Source: Phoronis australis
Taxonomy: Eukaryota; Animalia; Phoronida
Assembly: GCA_002633005.1 (NCBI GenBank)
Contig: NMRA01000110.1
Location: forward strand, 395,850 to 459,849
Reading direction: 5' to 3'
Length of the DNA: 64,000 nucleotides
The stretch's first letter is position 1. Every line of letters begins with the position of its first letter. Below, piece after piece: positions 1 to 14,000 of this stretch. Both the position numbers and the translations under genes were made by a program. Under the pieces are notes generated by a model that saw only the letters and a program-made list of their open reading frames with translations, was not told where the DNA came from and ran no database searches.

Positions 1-1961
1 TAAATGCTTTCCACATTCAGAAAATACAAACTTTTACGGAGTTAAAATCTATAGCTTTGTACACATATAACTAAATACACAGACCTGCCAATAAGGTCCA
101 ACATCAACCTTACACAAAGATAAAATAAACCTCTACAGTTTAAACATCAAAAGACATAACTCCTAAAAATTACTCAACCTGGTGAACACGATTACAGAAC
201 ATGTTGATCACTTAAAGCCATGCATCACCCAAATGAATGCTCAGGTGATTTAACAATTACTTCAGACTTAATCCGACATGAAGAGTACCCCTACCCCTTA
301 ATATCAGCGTCCTGAGAGTCGTGTTTGAGTCCAACATATCACATATGGCGTGGGCACCGCGGGAACGGATGGAGTTGTCGGATAAATTCTGAAAAATTAC
401 ACTTGCTTATGAAGAAACTCATAAAGGTTGCAAACAAAATTGCTTTTGGAAATCTGGTTGATACTGACCATAAAACAACAAGAAATAGAAGAAAAATGCA
501 AAGCGTTGAAATGCGCCATGGACTACACTGCAGCCACTGGGTGGTGCTAAATACAATGATTTGTTGCTGCATGGAATATACTCGTCAAATTTCACAAATA
601 TCGCGTAGGGAGTTTCGGAGATACATATTCTGTAAATAGAAACACAAGCGAAAGTGCCACAAGGGGCACAAAGTTCTTGGATCGATACGAACATCAATGT
701 CAGTCGTGCTGTTGTCAGTAGGAAGACCTTTGCAATATTCTTAAACTCCTTTTGCTTAGTTAAGTGGATAAAAAGGTTGACGCAACAAACAGACTAAAAA
801 CAACTTCTAGGTGGCGCAAACTAAGTCTGTTCCATGCAAAAAAGGTGCAGTCACCTTCCCAGTAGAAACTTATTTGTGTAAAAATTAATGAAATTTTGCC
901 AAGGAACACATATCATATAAGTGGAAGTCATCGTAAAAAATGAAAGCTGTGATTAAAAGGCACTGCTGTAGTCAAATGAAAGTTGCCACTAGATGGCACT
1001 GCTGTAGTCAGATGTGCCAAAAAGTGGTCAATATAAAAAATGGCACTACAGAACAGAGCTGCAGTCAAATGAGTTCTTAATTCGTTGTCTATGTTGTCAG
1101 CTTCATAGAAACATACATGTCAAACCTCATTAAGATCCTGGAAGGGGTTTAGGAGATACAAAAGTGGACGCTGGAGGCCCAAGTGGTCAGATGACTGCAA
1201 GTTGCACTCACACACAATGTATATTATGTGGACACACAAAAATGACCACTCAGGGGCGGGCACTGAATAAGTTAAATCCATCTAAAACTGGGCAGTTGCC
1301 TTCTTAGAAAGTCATTTTCCAAATTTCACAAAGATCCATCCAGGAATTTGTTAGATAATGAGGCATATACACAGAAAAAAATTCCACTAGGGGGCACCAA
1401 AAGCAGTGGGACTCATCTTGGAATCAGCACCAGGCTGACTTTCCTCAGTAACAGTATTCCCACCAGCTGGATTGAATTTGAGCTCGGTGAGAACAGCAGA
1501 ACGCTATCAACTTGTGTTCAGCTATGCCTCGAAGATGAGACCACTGTGTTCCGTGTTTTAGGAATAATTAAATCGCTAAGTTAAGGAATAATTTCCACAC
1601 TGCAGTGTAACAGCAGTGACTCAAAAGTTTACAAGTCCAAAGCACATAAAAGCATTGTATACTTATCACAGATAGGACAACATAAAACTTAGCATGATAG
1701 CTCAAAATCTGAGCATGGTGGTCAAATTTGAGTGTGGGGAGCTCAAAATCTGAGCATGGTAGTCATGCACCCACATAATATTATGTACATGGGGATACAT
1801 AAAAAATAAGATAACAAGCAATATAAAATTTCCACAATTAAGAAAGAGAATGCACACTTCAACAAATTGTAAAACTTGATAAAATTATAAACAAAAAATA
1901 AATTTTAAAAATTATGCAACTCATTAAAAATATTCTAAGCACAAATAGTTAATTCACTTAC

Positions 1962-2069
1962 TAAAAATGTTAGAAACATATTCTCCTTCAACATGTCTGC
2001 AAAGTATGAACCACCAGCGCCCTCTAGATGATTGTCGGTGAGATCTAATGTTTCAACCACGGTGTTCAA
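1962..2069 (-). CDS. LRRC74-like exon, first LRR
   Basis: catttccag|TTGAAC...TTA|gtaagt; 108 nt; [36 protein letters not shown] (RI-like LRR). Confidence 0.88.
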
Positions 2070-5000
2070 CTGGAAATGGAAATGGAAATCAGAGTTAATT
2101 AAAGTGGAACTTGTTAGCTCTGTGATTGCTTGGTCAAATTAGTTAGAAACACAACATATAACACAACATATAGCGACGATGTGAATATGAAGTATGATGA
2201 AAATTTCTAAACGTTTTTAAGAACAAATTTTGTGGCAAAAATGATCTGCCGCAAGTCACTGAACCATGTCCAGTAAGTATCGTAACGTGGTGCTGGGTAA
2301 TAACACTGTATGATGCAGGTTATGTGAGACCCCAAGGTATGTCATTAGTTCAAAGGTCACCTATTTGCAGAATGTTTTGTTTTCACATTAATTTTACAAG
2401 TTCACTATGAATACAACTACACTTTGTTTAGCGTAGCTGATGTTAAAACAGCATTGTGGTTGATAGTTCCTGCTATACATTAACATAGTTAGGACCACGC
2501 AAATATACCTTTAAGGTAAAGATTGAGCAGGAAAATACATGTGGTGTCTCATGGTGTGAGCCTGTATACAGAACTGGGCCTGCCACCTATTGTCTATAAC
2601 TTGACTCAATCGCATCAACATACGTATACACATACATATTTCTGGAAAGAAAAGTGGCAGCTAAGACCAGCTTCTACTGAATTTTTCAAACTTTCTGAAA
2701 CATACGCTGTCATGTTCAGCCATAGTTTTTAAATAGTAATACCACCTAATTATGACACGAGACCTTGGATTGATGAATTCTTGATCATCATTAACCATTC
2801 TTCATCATCACAGAGATGCGTGTGAAGCTTTCCAGGTTAACTTTAATTTTTAAATTTAATATTGAAACCATGTATTTGAATTCAATTTTGAAAACTCTAT
2901 ATTCAATCTAAATTTGAAAAATGAAACATTAATGTCAAATTTTATAGTTTCAGTTAAAATTGAAATAATGACTAAAGGTTTAATGTTAGCATTTTCCAAC
3001 CTAATGTCACTTTCCCACCAAGACTGCAACTCCCCCATTTGGTGGAGTTGTACTCTATGGGAAAGTTAACTGCTGAACTGAATTAGCTATTGTTACTCCT
3101 TTCAAAGTAAATGAATAAATGTAAGGAGTTGTGCCACTCTGCTTCAGTGGGAAGTGTTAACTCCACTTTGGCTGGAGTAATTGCTGGGGTCTTGACATCA
3201 ATCACGCGAGACCCAACAAGACATTCGTCCCTCCTCCGTCTTTCATTACCACCTATCAATAGTCCCATGTAAATGAATAACACACTCAAGGAACTCTAGA
3301 GCCGCGCTGCTGAGGTTGCGCCACACATGCGTGTAAATTGTTTGCATTCATTTTTTCGGTCTTGTCTTATTACGGAATTTACTGTCACTAAAATGTTTTC
3401 GATGTTTTTCAACTGAAATGCTCAAGTCATGTCATTAGGAATCCCTTTATCAGTTCTTGATAGCGTATGATTATACCAGAAGTAAATTAAAATACCGTAT
3501 TTGCCCTAACGTGCTTTTAACACCGGTCAAGTTTTTTTTTATTAGTCTTCATGTACAAAAAATCTGGATTCCTGTTGAGTGAGAACATATACATCAATTT
3601 TCAAAATCCTCCTTAGAATGATTTGGTTGATAGAAGGGCGGACGCCAAAAAACAGACTTGAAAACAGCAAAAATGACCACTAGGTGGTGCAAAACACTTC
3701 GAATCCATCCGAAAACAGTAGGATAGTGTCCTCTCACCAATAGATGCCTCTATTCCAAATTTTATGATAATTCATTGAGAACCTTTGAACTGATACAGAG
3801 GTAACCATAAAAAGTAAAATTGCCACTAGGGGACACAACGGTAGTCAGATCCGTCCAAAAGTAGTCTTCGTTCATTGTCAACTTTATATAAATACATTTG
3901 GTAAATTTAGTAAAGATTTTGAAGATGGTTTAGGAGATACAGCCATGGTCGCAAAACAAAAACAAAACTCCCACTAGGAGGCGCCACAGTCGTCGGAAAA
4001 TCATCGTCAGCAGTCCTCTTCATAATTTAATGCCGGTTTGGCTCGTAAAGGTGCAGACATCAAAAAACAGACTCGAAAACAATAACAAGAGCAACGCAGA
4101 GCGTTGAAATGCGCCCACAATTGCACCGTATACAGTATCCTTCTAAGGTTCTTTATTGGTACCATCAAGTGGCCAGTAGAGGGCATATATGTATTATGTT
4201 GTACTTTGCAAAATGGAAAGGCATGGTCATTGTCTCCTCAATAGGCTAGGGGAAAAATGTGAGTGATCTTCATAATACAAGCACATCCTATACATCAGTT
4301 GCTTAAAGCACCACAGAAACATAGAATTAAAAACAAATTTACCAACATACCAGATTAGCACAGCGTTAAAATGCCAGAAACAAATTTCTACTTGGAACTT
4401 TTCCTTCATAGTCACGAAGTAACACAAAGTATACACCTGAAGACCTATGAAAATACAGAGGTCAATGTAAAATACTAAAATTGCCACTAGAGGCTTACCG
4501 GTAGTCAGAATCATCCTAAAGTCGTCACCGTCCGTTGTCAACATCACATAAATACACTTTCTTAATTTAGTAAAGATCCTGCAAACGGTTTGGGAGATAC
4601 AGCCATGGGCGCAAAAAAAAACTGCCACTAGGAGGCGCCACAGTAATCAAAGTCATGGGAAATTCAGCGTCAACCGTAATCTTCATAGTAAGAACATACA
4701 CGCCAATTTTCACAATCATACTTATAGCGGTTTGGTTGGACGCCAAAAAACAGACTCAAAAACAGTAAAAATGGCCACTGGGTGTCGCAAACTACGTCAA
4801 ATCCATCCGAAAACGAGAGGATAGCATCATCGCACTAATAGGTGCCTACATACCAAATTTCATGAAAATCCGTTAAGGACTTGTTACAGAGGTAAACGTA
4901 AAAAACTAAAATTGCCACTAGGGGGCACACTGGTAGTCGGATCCGTCCGAAAGTTCGCACATGCCGTCCCATTCATGAATGGAACATATGTGCCAAATTT

Positions 5001-8000
5001 CATGAACGTGTGACTAAGGGTTTTGGAGATAAAGCAGCGGACGCCGAAAGCCGGACGCCGCCCGGACGGACGGATGGAGATGATGGCATAATGCGTCCAC
5101 ATATAAATATGTGGGCGCATAAAAATGGCCACTATGCGGTGCAAAATATCTCCACTCAATCAGAAAACTGTAGGATAGCTTTGCCTCACTAATAGATGTC
5201 TAGATGCCAACTTTTATGAAAATCTGTTTAGAACCTTTAAAGAAACAGAGGTAAACCTGAGGCTCCACACATATATTGGTGCAAGCCCAGTCTCAATAGG
5301 CAACTGGCACACCATAGGTTGTCACTGTTGGTCTAGTTTTCTGTTGCTCCCTGTAACTGACTGTCTGTGTGTTTCAATACTTGTCCTAATTGAGCTTAGC
5401 AAGGTCATTGTGTTTTTTTCCTCTGATGATGGTGTTTCAATAAACACCAGTTCTAATCCTTTGTCGTTTTTATTAAAATACCTGTCCCAGGCAAAAGTTG
5501 GCCCAGAACAAATACACAGTATATAGACATTCTGTAGTATAACAAACTCAATCAGCCATCATGATGGACGCAATGGTATACCGGGGTATGTACCTTTCAA
5601 CCTGCCAAATTATGCTTCATAATTTCAACATTGTGGTTAAATTAAAAACAATAAAAGCATTAATAGCACTATTGCAAAATTGAACCATGGAATATTGGCT
5701 GTCAAAATCTCATTTGTCAATATCAGGTTGAAAATAGAATTTCTAATTCTGATCAAATATTTCATGTTTCAAACTTCTAATTTCAAAACAAATGTAAAAT
5801 GAAAATCGAAACACAGATCATTATGATGAGGAGAAACTCACATCAGAGCTTTCAATTTTACTTAAATATCAATTTTTGAAACATGGTACAAACATGAATA
5901 TTGTTTTCTGCAACAAGAGTGAGACCAGAACAATGAAAACCAGGTCAAAAGGTCACTAAAATGAACTGGCAATTGGAATAAGTTTTGTTTTAAAATACTA
6001 CAGTAGTTATTGTATAAACAAGTTTGGATCGAACAGAAATAATGATATTGAACAGGTTTACATGAAATTAAGTCTAAAATGATGTTTATTAGCACAAGTT
6101 TCCAATTTTCCCAATACTCATCAGAGTAACAATTAACACCAGTGAAGTCCTAGGATAGAAATGGATCACATCAATGCACATGACCAATTAGTAACAAAGG
6201 AACTGCTGGTATCCAATTTAGGTAACAAGTGGTAGCAAAGCCATATCCAAACAACAACAGCCTGCCTATAACCAGCTACCTTTCTACCAATGTTAACCAA
6301 TTGATTAAATCCATTGAAGAACATTATAAAAACTTTACGCTGAGAGGGCCGAGAGGGCAAGAGGTTTGCATACAAACTGCCTCTACCCTTTGCTTTGTAT
6401 AAAAACTTTCCACTATACTTTGGTTTGTATACAAACTTCCACTATACTTTTAAGGTACTTTCCTTACTTCGTATGAAACACATCTGGAGCGTGGATGCAG
6501 ATTCAAATTTATAGAGAACATGAACTGTCCAAGGTAACATTTTATTTCAATATTTCTTGTAAAAGCATACCAATTCCTCAATTTTTTAAAACAAGTAATT
6601 TGTATTCTTATTATAAAAAGGAATTGAGAGATTAACAGTTTGCTTTTTTCAGGACAACGATAAATGAGATTTCAAAAACAAATTCACACATGGTCACTTC
6701 CAAAATATTGTTGTGAATTGTTTTTCAAACGATTTTATGGATGCTTATCAATATCATTTTGATGAAGAGCCTGGAAAATTATGATAAACATGAACAATAA
6801 CTAACAGAACTGTAAAAACATTTTTGGTATTGGTATTTTGAATATTTACATAATCTTGAAGGGTTTACAAGACCTGAGAATGTTTACAATTTTCAAAACT
6901 ATGAATGTTGAAATATGATACAATTAGGCATTAATTCAGAAATAAGAACTTTTATTCAAGCACGTACCAAAAAAAAAACCCAGAAAATACTTCCTAATTC
7001 TTTGCTACTCTGTCCCGAGTCTGTGGCATTTTACCATAACACTATGCATGTGAATCCTGATGGTTGGCACATTTTGTTTGTCAGATGAATGAAAATGATT
7101 GTATAGCCTCATCGACCTAATGAGTTTGAATTTAGCCACATCAGGTTTGAATAATCATGAGTCTGAGTTAAAAATTTCTTTTTGAAGTCGGCAAGTGGTA
7201 ACCAACTTGCTAACACGTGTATCCTTGTTGGTTACTACTTGATATTTTATTCTGAATATCATAGCCTCGGTTTCGATGTAAATTATTGTAATGAGTATTT
7301 TAAGCCGGTTACCACTTGGCAGTGATTGTAACTACAGTTATGAGCTGTCTGTACTATGTGGAGAGTCTCAGTGCAAGATGGCTATACAGGAAAAGACCGA
7401 TTCTTACCTCGGTGCAGAGTTCATGACGATGCAGTAGAATTGAAAAATAACTTTGAAAAGCCAAGGTTCATTTGCTTATGACTGGTCGAGAACCAATTTG
7501 GCTGACTTTTTAATTATAATAACCGAGAATATGCCAATAATTCATGACGGTATGCAGATTAATCACCAAGTCAACTTTCAGTAACGTCCTCTATAACCTA
7601 AACAATGAGTCTGCATTTTTATCTAAATGTCTACAAACTAGATTTTCATTCAGTATATTTCTAAAAGTGGAAGGCCTGTATAATTTGATTTTTGACTTTA
7701 AAAGTACCAAACTGTTGTCAAATGGGTCACATGACCATGTTTTTTTACTAAAATTTACAAAAATTTATATTGATAGCTAAACAACTGTATCAAAGACAAA
7801 AAAATTTTGTTTGATATAAATCAAAAAAACACTGTTACAGTTTTCTAAAATACCACCTGTTTTTGTTTTATATGAAAATCATCAGTCCTACTTTTGACAA
7901 GCACTCATACGAAAGCACATTTTAAAAACTTCTAACAGCATTCTGGAGAAAGTTTATAAGTCAGTAATATCCAAATGTTTCATGTAAATCCAAAATGGCT

Positions 8001-11000
8001 GTTCCTGAGATAAGATCATTTGATAATCACTCAAAGTTACATGAGTGTGGTACTATTTTAAGAACCCCAAAGTACTTCAGGGGAAACGTAACTTAGACAA
8101 AAGGTTGCAACAAGTACCATTCCTGTACTCATCGGTCATAAACAAGAAACCAGCGGCAAACAAACCGAACCAATAGCAGAAGCGTAGGAAGCTGGCAACC
8201 GCAAGGACCCCAAGGGGTGAAACAAATGTGCAAATCCCCCCTTCTAACATACCCCCACATATAACTTCTTAGTGATACAGTATGTTTTAACATCATATGC
8301 ATTTCATCAACGTAGTTCCACTATATTTAAAAAAATTATTTTTTGCCATCAGAATGGAGGATCTTAAGAAAGAGTGTGACAGGACTCTAAGAGATATAGG
8401 AGGACAGATTCAGGGACTCTGTACCCTCCAACAGGTGGAGGCAGTCACTCAAGAACTTTGGACACTGAAAAGAATCACTGAACAGCTTGCACAAAACGAG
8501 ATGGGCGGAAATTCGCGAGGAGAAAACAACATATCAAGCTATCGCGAGGCACGTTGTTTTACAAACACAGGTAGGTCTGTACAACTCATCAAACAAGAAA
8601 ATCATGTTATTTGATTCAGAAACATACGTTAAGACGACTCCATAATAACATGTCACCCTAAAATGTAACTTTCCCATTGCAGGAGTCCCGTGGACTATTC
8701 TGGGCAAAACTTTGGCTGGCCGAATTGTGGCACAGGAAACAGGGTCGGAGGCCATACCAGGCTCGGAGGCCTAATACCAGGGTCGGAAGATAACTAAGAG
8801 CAATGACAACTGTGACTTTGTATAACGAAGAATATGTTCACTAAAAATGGACAGATTTCTAATTTTCTTAAATTGACCAATAAGTGTTGTTAACGTACTA
8901 GAATACCATTCTGTGCACCGACCTTTCAGGAATCACTGTCATTGTAAAGTAAACTATCCTAAGAGTTAAATGCAAATGTTAGTTTGCTGCTTGCAACAAA
9001 TGCTGTAAAATAAAGTTACTGAAGTACAACTAAAAGAAACCTAATAACACCTTTCTGGAATACAATGACATGAAAGGATTGTTGAAGGTGACCACTAATT
9101 TTTGATGAATAGACTACAAAAGCAAAGGAAAAAATTATATTACAAAAAATTACCCTGGGTGGATATGCGATAGATTGCCACCCACCTTTACAATCTCGTG
9201 TTATACCCGGTATAACCTATTCTTGGTCTGAAGCATTTTACTATTACGATATACGACTTAAATTGCATCTCATCTCCACTTTTGTTGTATCAAAGTAATC
9301 TAGCTTCTGAGTACTTCTTTGATTATCACATGTAAATATGAACAGGATTGATATAAATTAAAGACAGACAAATCAACCGTAATCAAAATGTATCTATGGA
9401 TGTCTATAGTACAGTGCACATCAAAAGTATTCAGACAAAATGTCCCAGAATTCCCTGTCATTATGGTCCTGGTATATAGTTTGTAGTGTATTTCTAATAT
9501 ACCCACCACGACAAAATGAGTCAGAAGTCGGAAACTATTATATTTCCTGACCAGACTGCAAACAGTCGCTATCGGTTAAAATTAGGTCAAATTTTTTTAT
9601 TGCAGATTATGATTATTTATTCATTCTACTTCACAAAACAATACTTTAAAACAAGCAATCTTAATTTTAAACCTTATTTATTTCATTTTGAAAAACATCA
9701 CCTTCTCCACGACTGCATATTTTGTGAAATTTTCATCGAAATTTGCCGGTTTTCGTGTCCTCATTGCTCAGTCTTCCGATGACCCAATTCGCTCGTAAAC
9801 ACATCAACAGAAAGGTCAAACTCTGCTCATTATGCATGTAGTAAGCTCTTTGAGTTTTTCGTCCAATCATCAGTCGTTATTTCACTTTTTGCATTCGGGG
9901 TATTTTCAACAGAAGTGTCACTCACCAGTCTTTTAGCTAGCAACGATCTTTTAACCCAATGCATCGCTGACCTCATTCGCTAGAACTAGTTAAGTGGGTG
10001 TGAAACTGTAGGGTCGCGAGGTCACGGCATGTTTTCAAGACAGTAAGATGGCTGGTCGCGGTGTTGCTGATATCTCAATGATTAACTCTTGCCTCTGACT
10101 GCCGTATCAAGATCAGCGAGAATAAACTGAACTCATCAAAGAGCACATTTGTTGATGGAGACAAAGATGAATTTCGTGACGGCGACGAGTCGTCTGACGA
10201 CAGCAACTCGTCGCCAGATGAGTTTCATGATCGACCCATCGCGAATACGGTTACGTTGGATTCCAAGGCGTTGGATTGGAACAAACAGAACTAACTTGAA
10301 GAAAACAGTCCGGATTAGCTTAATCGCACAACAATGTCATGTATCTGCAAAGCCAGTGAATCGGGGTGCAAGCAGCTGAATATAACTGCAAGAGAGAACA
10401 ATCTCCGATAGGGCTGAATCACTCGGTGAGAAGTCGAGGAAATCGTTGCTCTTCAGTCAGTGTCAGTGGACTTGGAATGGATAGGGATGAGTGACTGTCA
10501 TTTTTTTTCAAAATTATTCACACTAGCGTAAAATTTTGAATTATTTTGAACAAAAATCAGCCAGAAACCTGTATTTCGTAATCTACAGGACTTCATTTTA
10601 TTAAACTTCTACAAAATACACTTTAACAACTTGTTTTACTTGCGGTAACCCCTCCTGCCACAAGTGGACTGACCCTGTATACATTAGCTGGGAAAGTTTT
10701 CCTATGCACAGTAGTCAGATACATACGCACAGTAGTCGGATACATACGCACAGTAGTCGGATACATACGCACAGTAGTCGGATACATACGCACAGTAGTC
10801 GGATACATACGCACAGTAGTCGGATACATACGCACAGTAGTCAGGTACATACGCACAGTAGTCAGATACATACGCACAGTAGTCAGATACACATGCACAG
10901 TAGTTTTGTTTCACACTACTTCAATGCAAGGTCAGTCCTTCAGCATCACAGCTCCTCTAACAATTGACCTATCGCCAGGATTTTGAGTGACAGCTTAACT

Positions 11001-14000
11001 GACCATTTAGAACGCATCATTTTTGACACACCTTGGTTTCCAAGCCGCCACTTTACCCGACAAACAACACGTTGCCGGGTAAAACTTATTGCTTATTAGT
11101 CGACATTATGCAAGGGGGCGGAGCTTGCGATAGGTCAATTCGCCAAAACCAAGAGACACATATGCAGTGAAATGGTAGCTCCAGTCAAATCTAGACTACC
11201 GTAATCGTTCGGGTTAACGCCCATGTTCGGTTAACCGCCCATCCCCTACTTTTGGTGGATTTTCGATTTAACCGCCCACTGCTCGGTTAACCGCCCTCCC
11301 CCGATTTTTTGGGTTCGCCAATTTAACCGCCCAGGGCGTTAACCCGAACGATTATGGTAGAACAACTCATGACCAGTTCTAAGACCAACAACTTTCGCTT
11401 AAAATGTAAGTAGTGAATCAAAGACTATAAAATAAAAGAGCAATTGATAACAGTGCCCACTCTGAGTTGATAATAGTGACCTCTCTGGACAATACAATTA
11501 ATTATCAAAGCAGCATAAAAATAAACTCCCCACAAGCTGCCTGACACTGTTAACATTTGACAAACTCCACAGAACAAAACCTGAAACCACAATTTTATTT
11601 CTTGATTCTCATTAGCAAGTAACCTGGTAATAGAATAGTTGGGAATACTTGGGTAGTCTGAAATCATAGCTGAATGCTGATTTTCAACTCTGGCACCTGG
11701 GCAGAATTCGACTTATGACTTGGATATCGGTTGAAACTATGAGGTCAGCAAGCAACAAAAGTGCCACGCCCATCAATCAATCAATCAATCAATCAAACAA
11801 CCACTTCATTAAAGGTAAAGGACAAAAACCATAAGATAGGAACTAGACACTGCTACTGTATAGTCACTCAGTCATACATGTTGTGTATACCAGATACTGT
11901 TACTGTATAGTCACTCAGTCATACATGTTGTGTATACCAGATACTGTTACTGTATAGTCACTCAGTCATACATGTTGTGTATACCAGACACTGCTACAAG
12001 TATAGTCACTCAGTCATACATGTTGTGTATACCAGACACTGCTACAGTATAGTCACTCAGTCATACATGTTGTGTATACCAGACACTGCTACAGTATAGT
12101 CACTCAGTCATACATGTTGTGTATACCAGACACTGCTACGGTATAGTCACTCAGCCATACATGTTGTGTATACCAGATACTGTTACTGTATAGTCACACA
12201 TTCATACATGTACACAAACTTCTTATCCCATATTGGAAGTGTTTGTAATACTTGTGTCATAAGCATATTCAACAAAGCATGATAACATCTTACTAGGGCA
12301 ATAATTCACACAGATCTACCTGTACACAGACAAGTGGAAGGGGAATCAGGGACAGAGACAAATACAGTCAACACTCACGGCCAACAAAGTAAAGATTTAG
12401 TTCAAGTCAACTTTACTACCTAGTCAGTTGCTGTTGCAAGTGGCATACCATAACAGTACTGTGAAGTACCTAAACATCCATACAACTCAAGCACATTGTC
12501 TCTAGACCATGACACAACTGTGAAGTACCTAAACACCCATACAACATAAGCGCCATATCTTTAGACCATGACAGTACTATGAAGTACCTAAACATCCATA
12601 CAACATAGGTGCCATATCTTTAGACCATGACAGTACTGTGAAGTACCTAAACACCCATACAACATAAGCGCCATATCTTTAGACCATGACAGTACTGTGA
12701 AGTACCTAAACACCTATACAACATAAGCGCCATATCTTTAGACGATGACAGTACTGTGAAGTACCTAAACACCCATACAACATAAGTGCCATATCTTTAA
12801 ACCATGACAGTACTATGAAGTACCTAAACACCCATACAACATAATACAGTAACTGTAAGTGACTCAAACAGCATGTCCTACCTTGAATGCAGCTGCCAAA
12901 GGTTTAGCTGCTTTGCTGCCTAAACAGTGGTGTCGCATGCGTATACTGTGTTCATGGAAGTTGCGCTGCATGTAAGAACAAGGCAGAATACCTGCAACAA
13001 GAATCACATAGCAGTGACACTGACATGGTAACCAGATTCACATAGCAGTAACACTGACATTGTAACCAGATTCACATAGGAGTGACCTTGACTGTTGATG
13101 TCAATGCTATATGAATCTTGTTACCAGACATTGTAACCAGATTCCCAAAGCAGTGACTTTCACATATCAACCACATTATTACAGCAGTGTGACGTGCCTC
13201 AGACTGTGAGATGCACCTGGCAGAGGGATGCACACGGTAGTGAGGTGCGCACGGCAGTGAGGTGCGCATGGCAGTGAGATGCACATGGCAGTGAGGTGTG
13301 CATGGCAGAGACTCAGATGCACCTGACAGTGAGCTGCGCATGGCCGTGAGATGCACATGGCAGTGAGATGCAAATGGCAGCGAAATGCAAATGGCAGCGA
13401 AATCACCGAGATGCACATGGCAGTGAGATTCACATAGCAATGGAGTTCAGATAGCAATGTGATTTGCATAGCAACGGGATTCACTAAGTGGAGAAATTCA
13501 CTAACGTATATTGATTTGCATAGCAGTGAAATTCAAACAGCAACAGGAATCACAAAACAGTGAAATTAACATCATAACATGAATCACATGGCAAACAGGT
13601 TCACATGGCAAGCAGATTCACATGGCAATCAGATTCACATAGCAAGCAAGGACCACATTATATACAGCAGTGGAATTCAGTCACGGGAGTATCTCCATCA
13701 TGCACAAAAATTGCAAAACAAACAAAGACCCACAGAAAAAATAGCTCTTTCATCATGACTACTCAAACTTCCCAAGTGAGTAAATTTAATACAAGTCAAG
13801 AACGTACCCATTTTTTTACACTGTTCCTCATAGAAATATTTCCCTGTTGCGTCTAATGGCTTACTCGGTTCTTCTGAAAACAAAATAAATAAACAAAATA
13901 AATAAACAAAATAAATAAACAAAATAAATAAACAAAATAAATAAACAAAATAAATAAACAAAATAAATAAACAAAACTGATTGAAATTTTACAAAAAAAT

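Noticed and set aside
9490-10625. Transposon 5' end with a decayed acidic ORF ([13 protein letters not shown]...[10 protein letters not shown])
   Set aside because: CpG-rich and TE-like, but I could not define matching TIRs/TSD or a family.
10623-13484. Repetitive ORFs and CRISPR-like regular arrays
   Set aside because: Head-to-tail minisatellites without unique spacers, in a eukaryotic intron with no cas genes.
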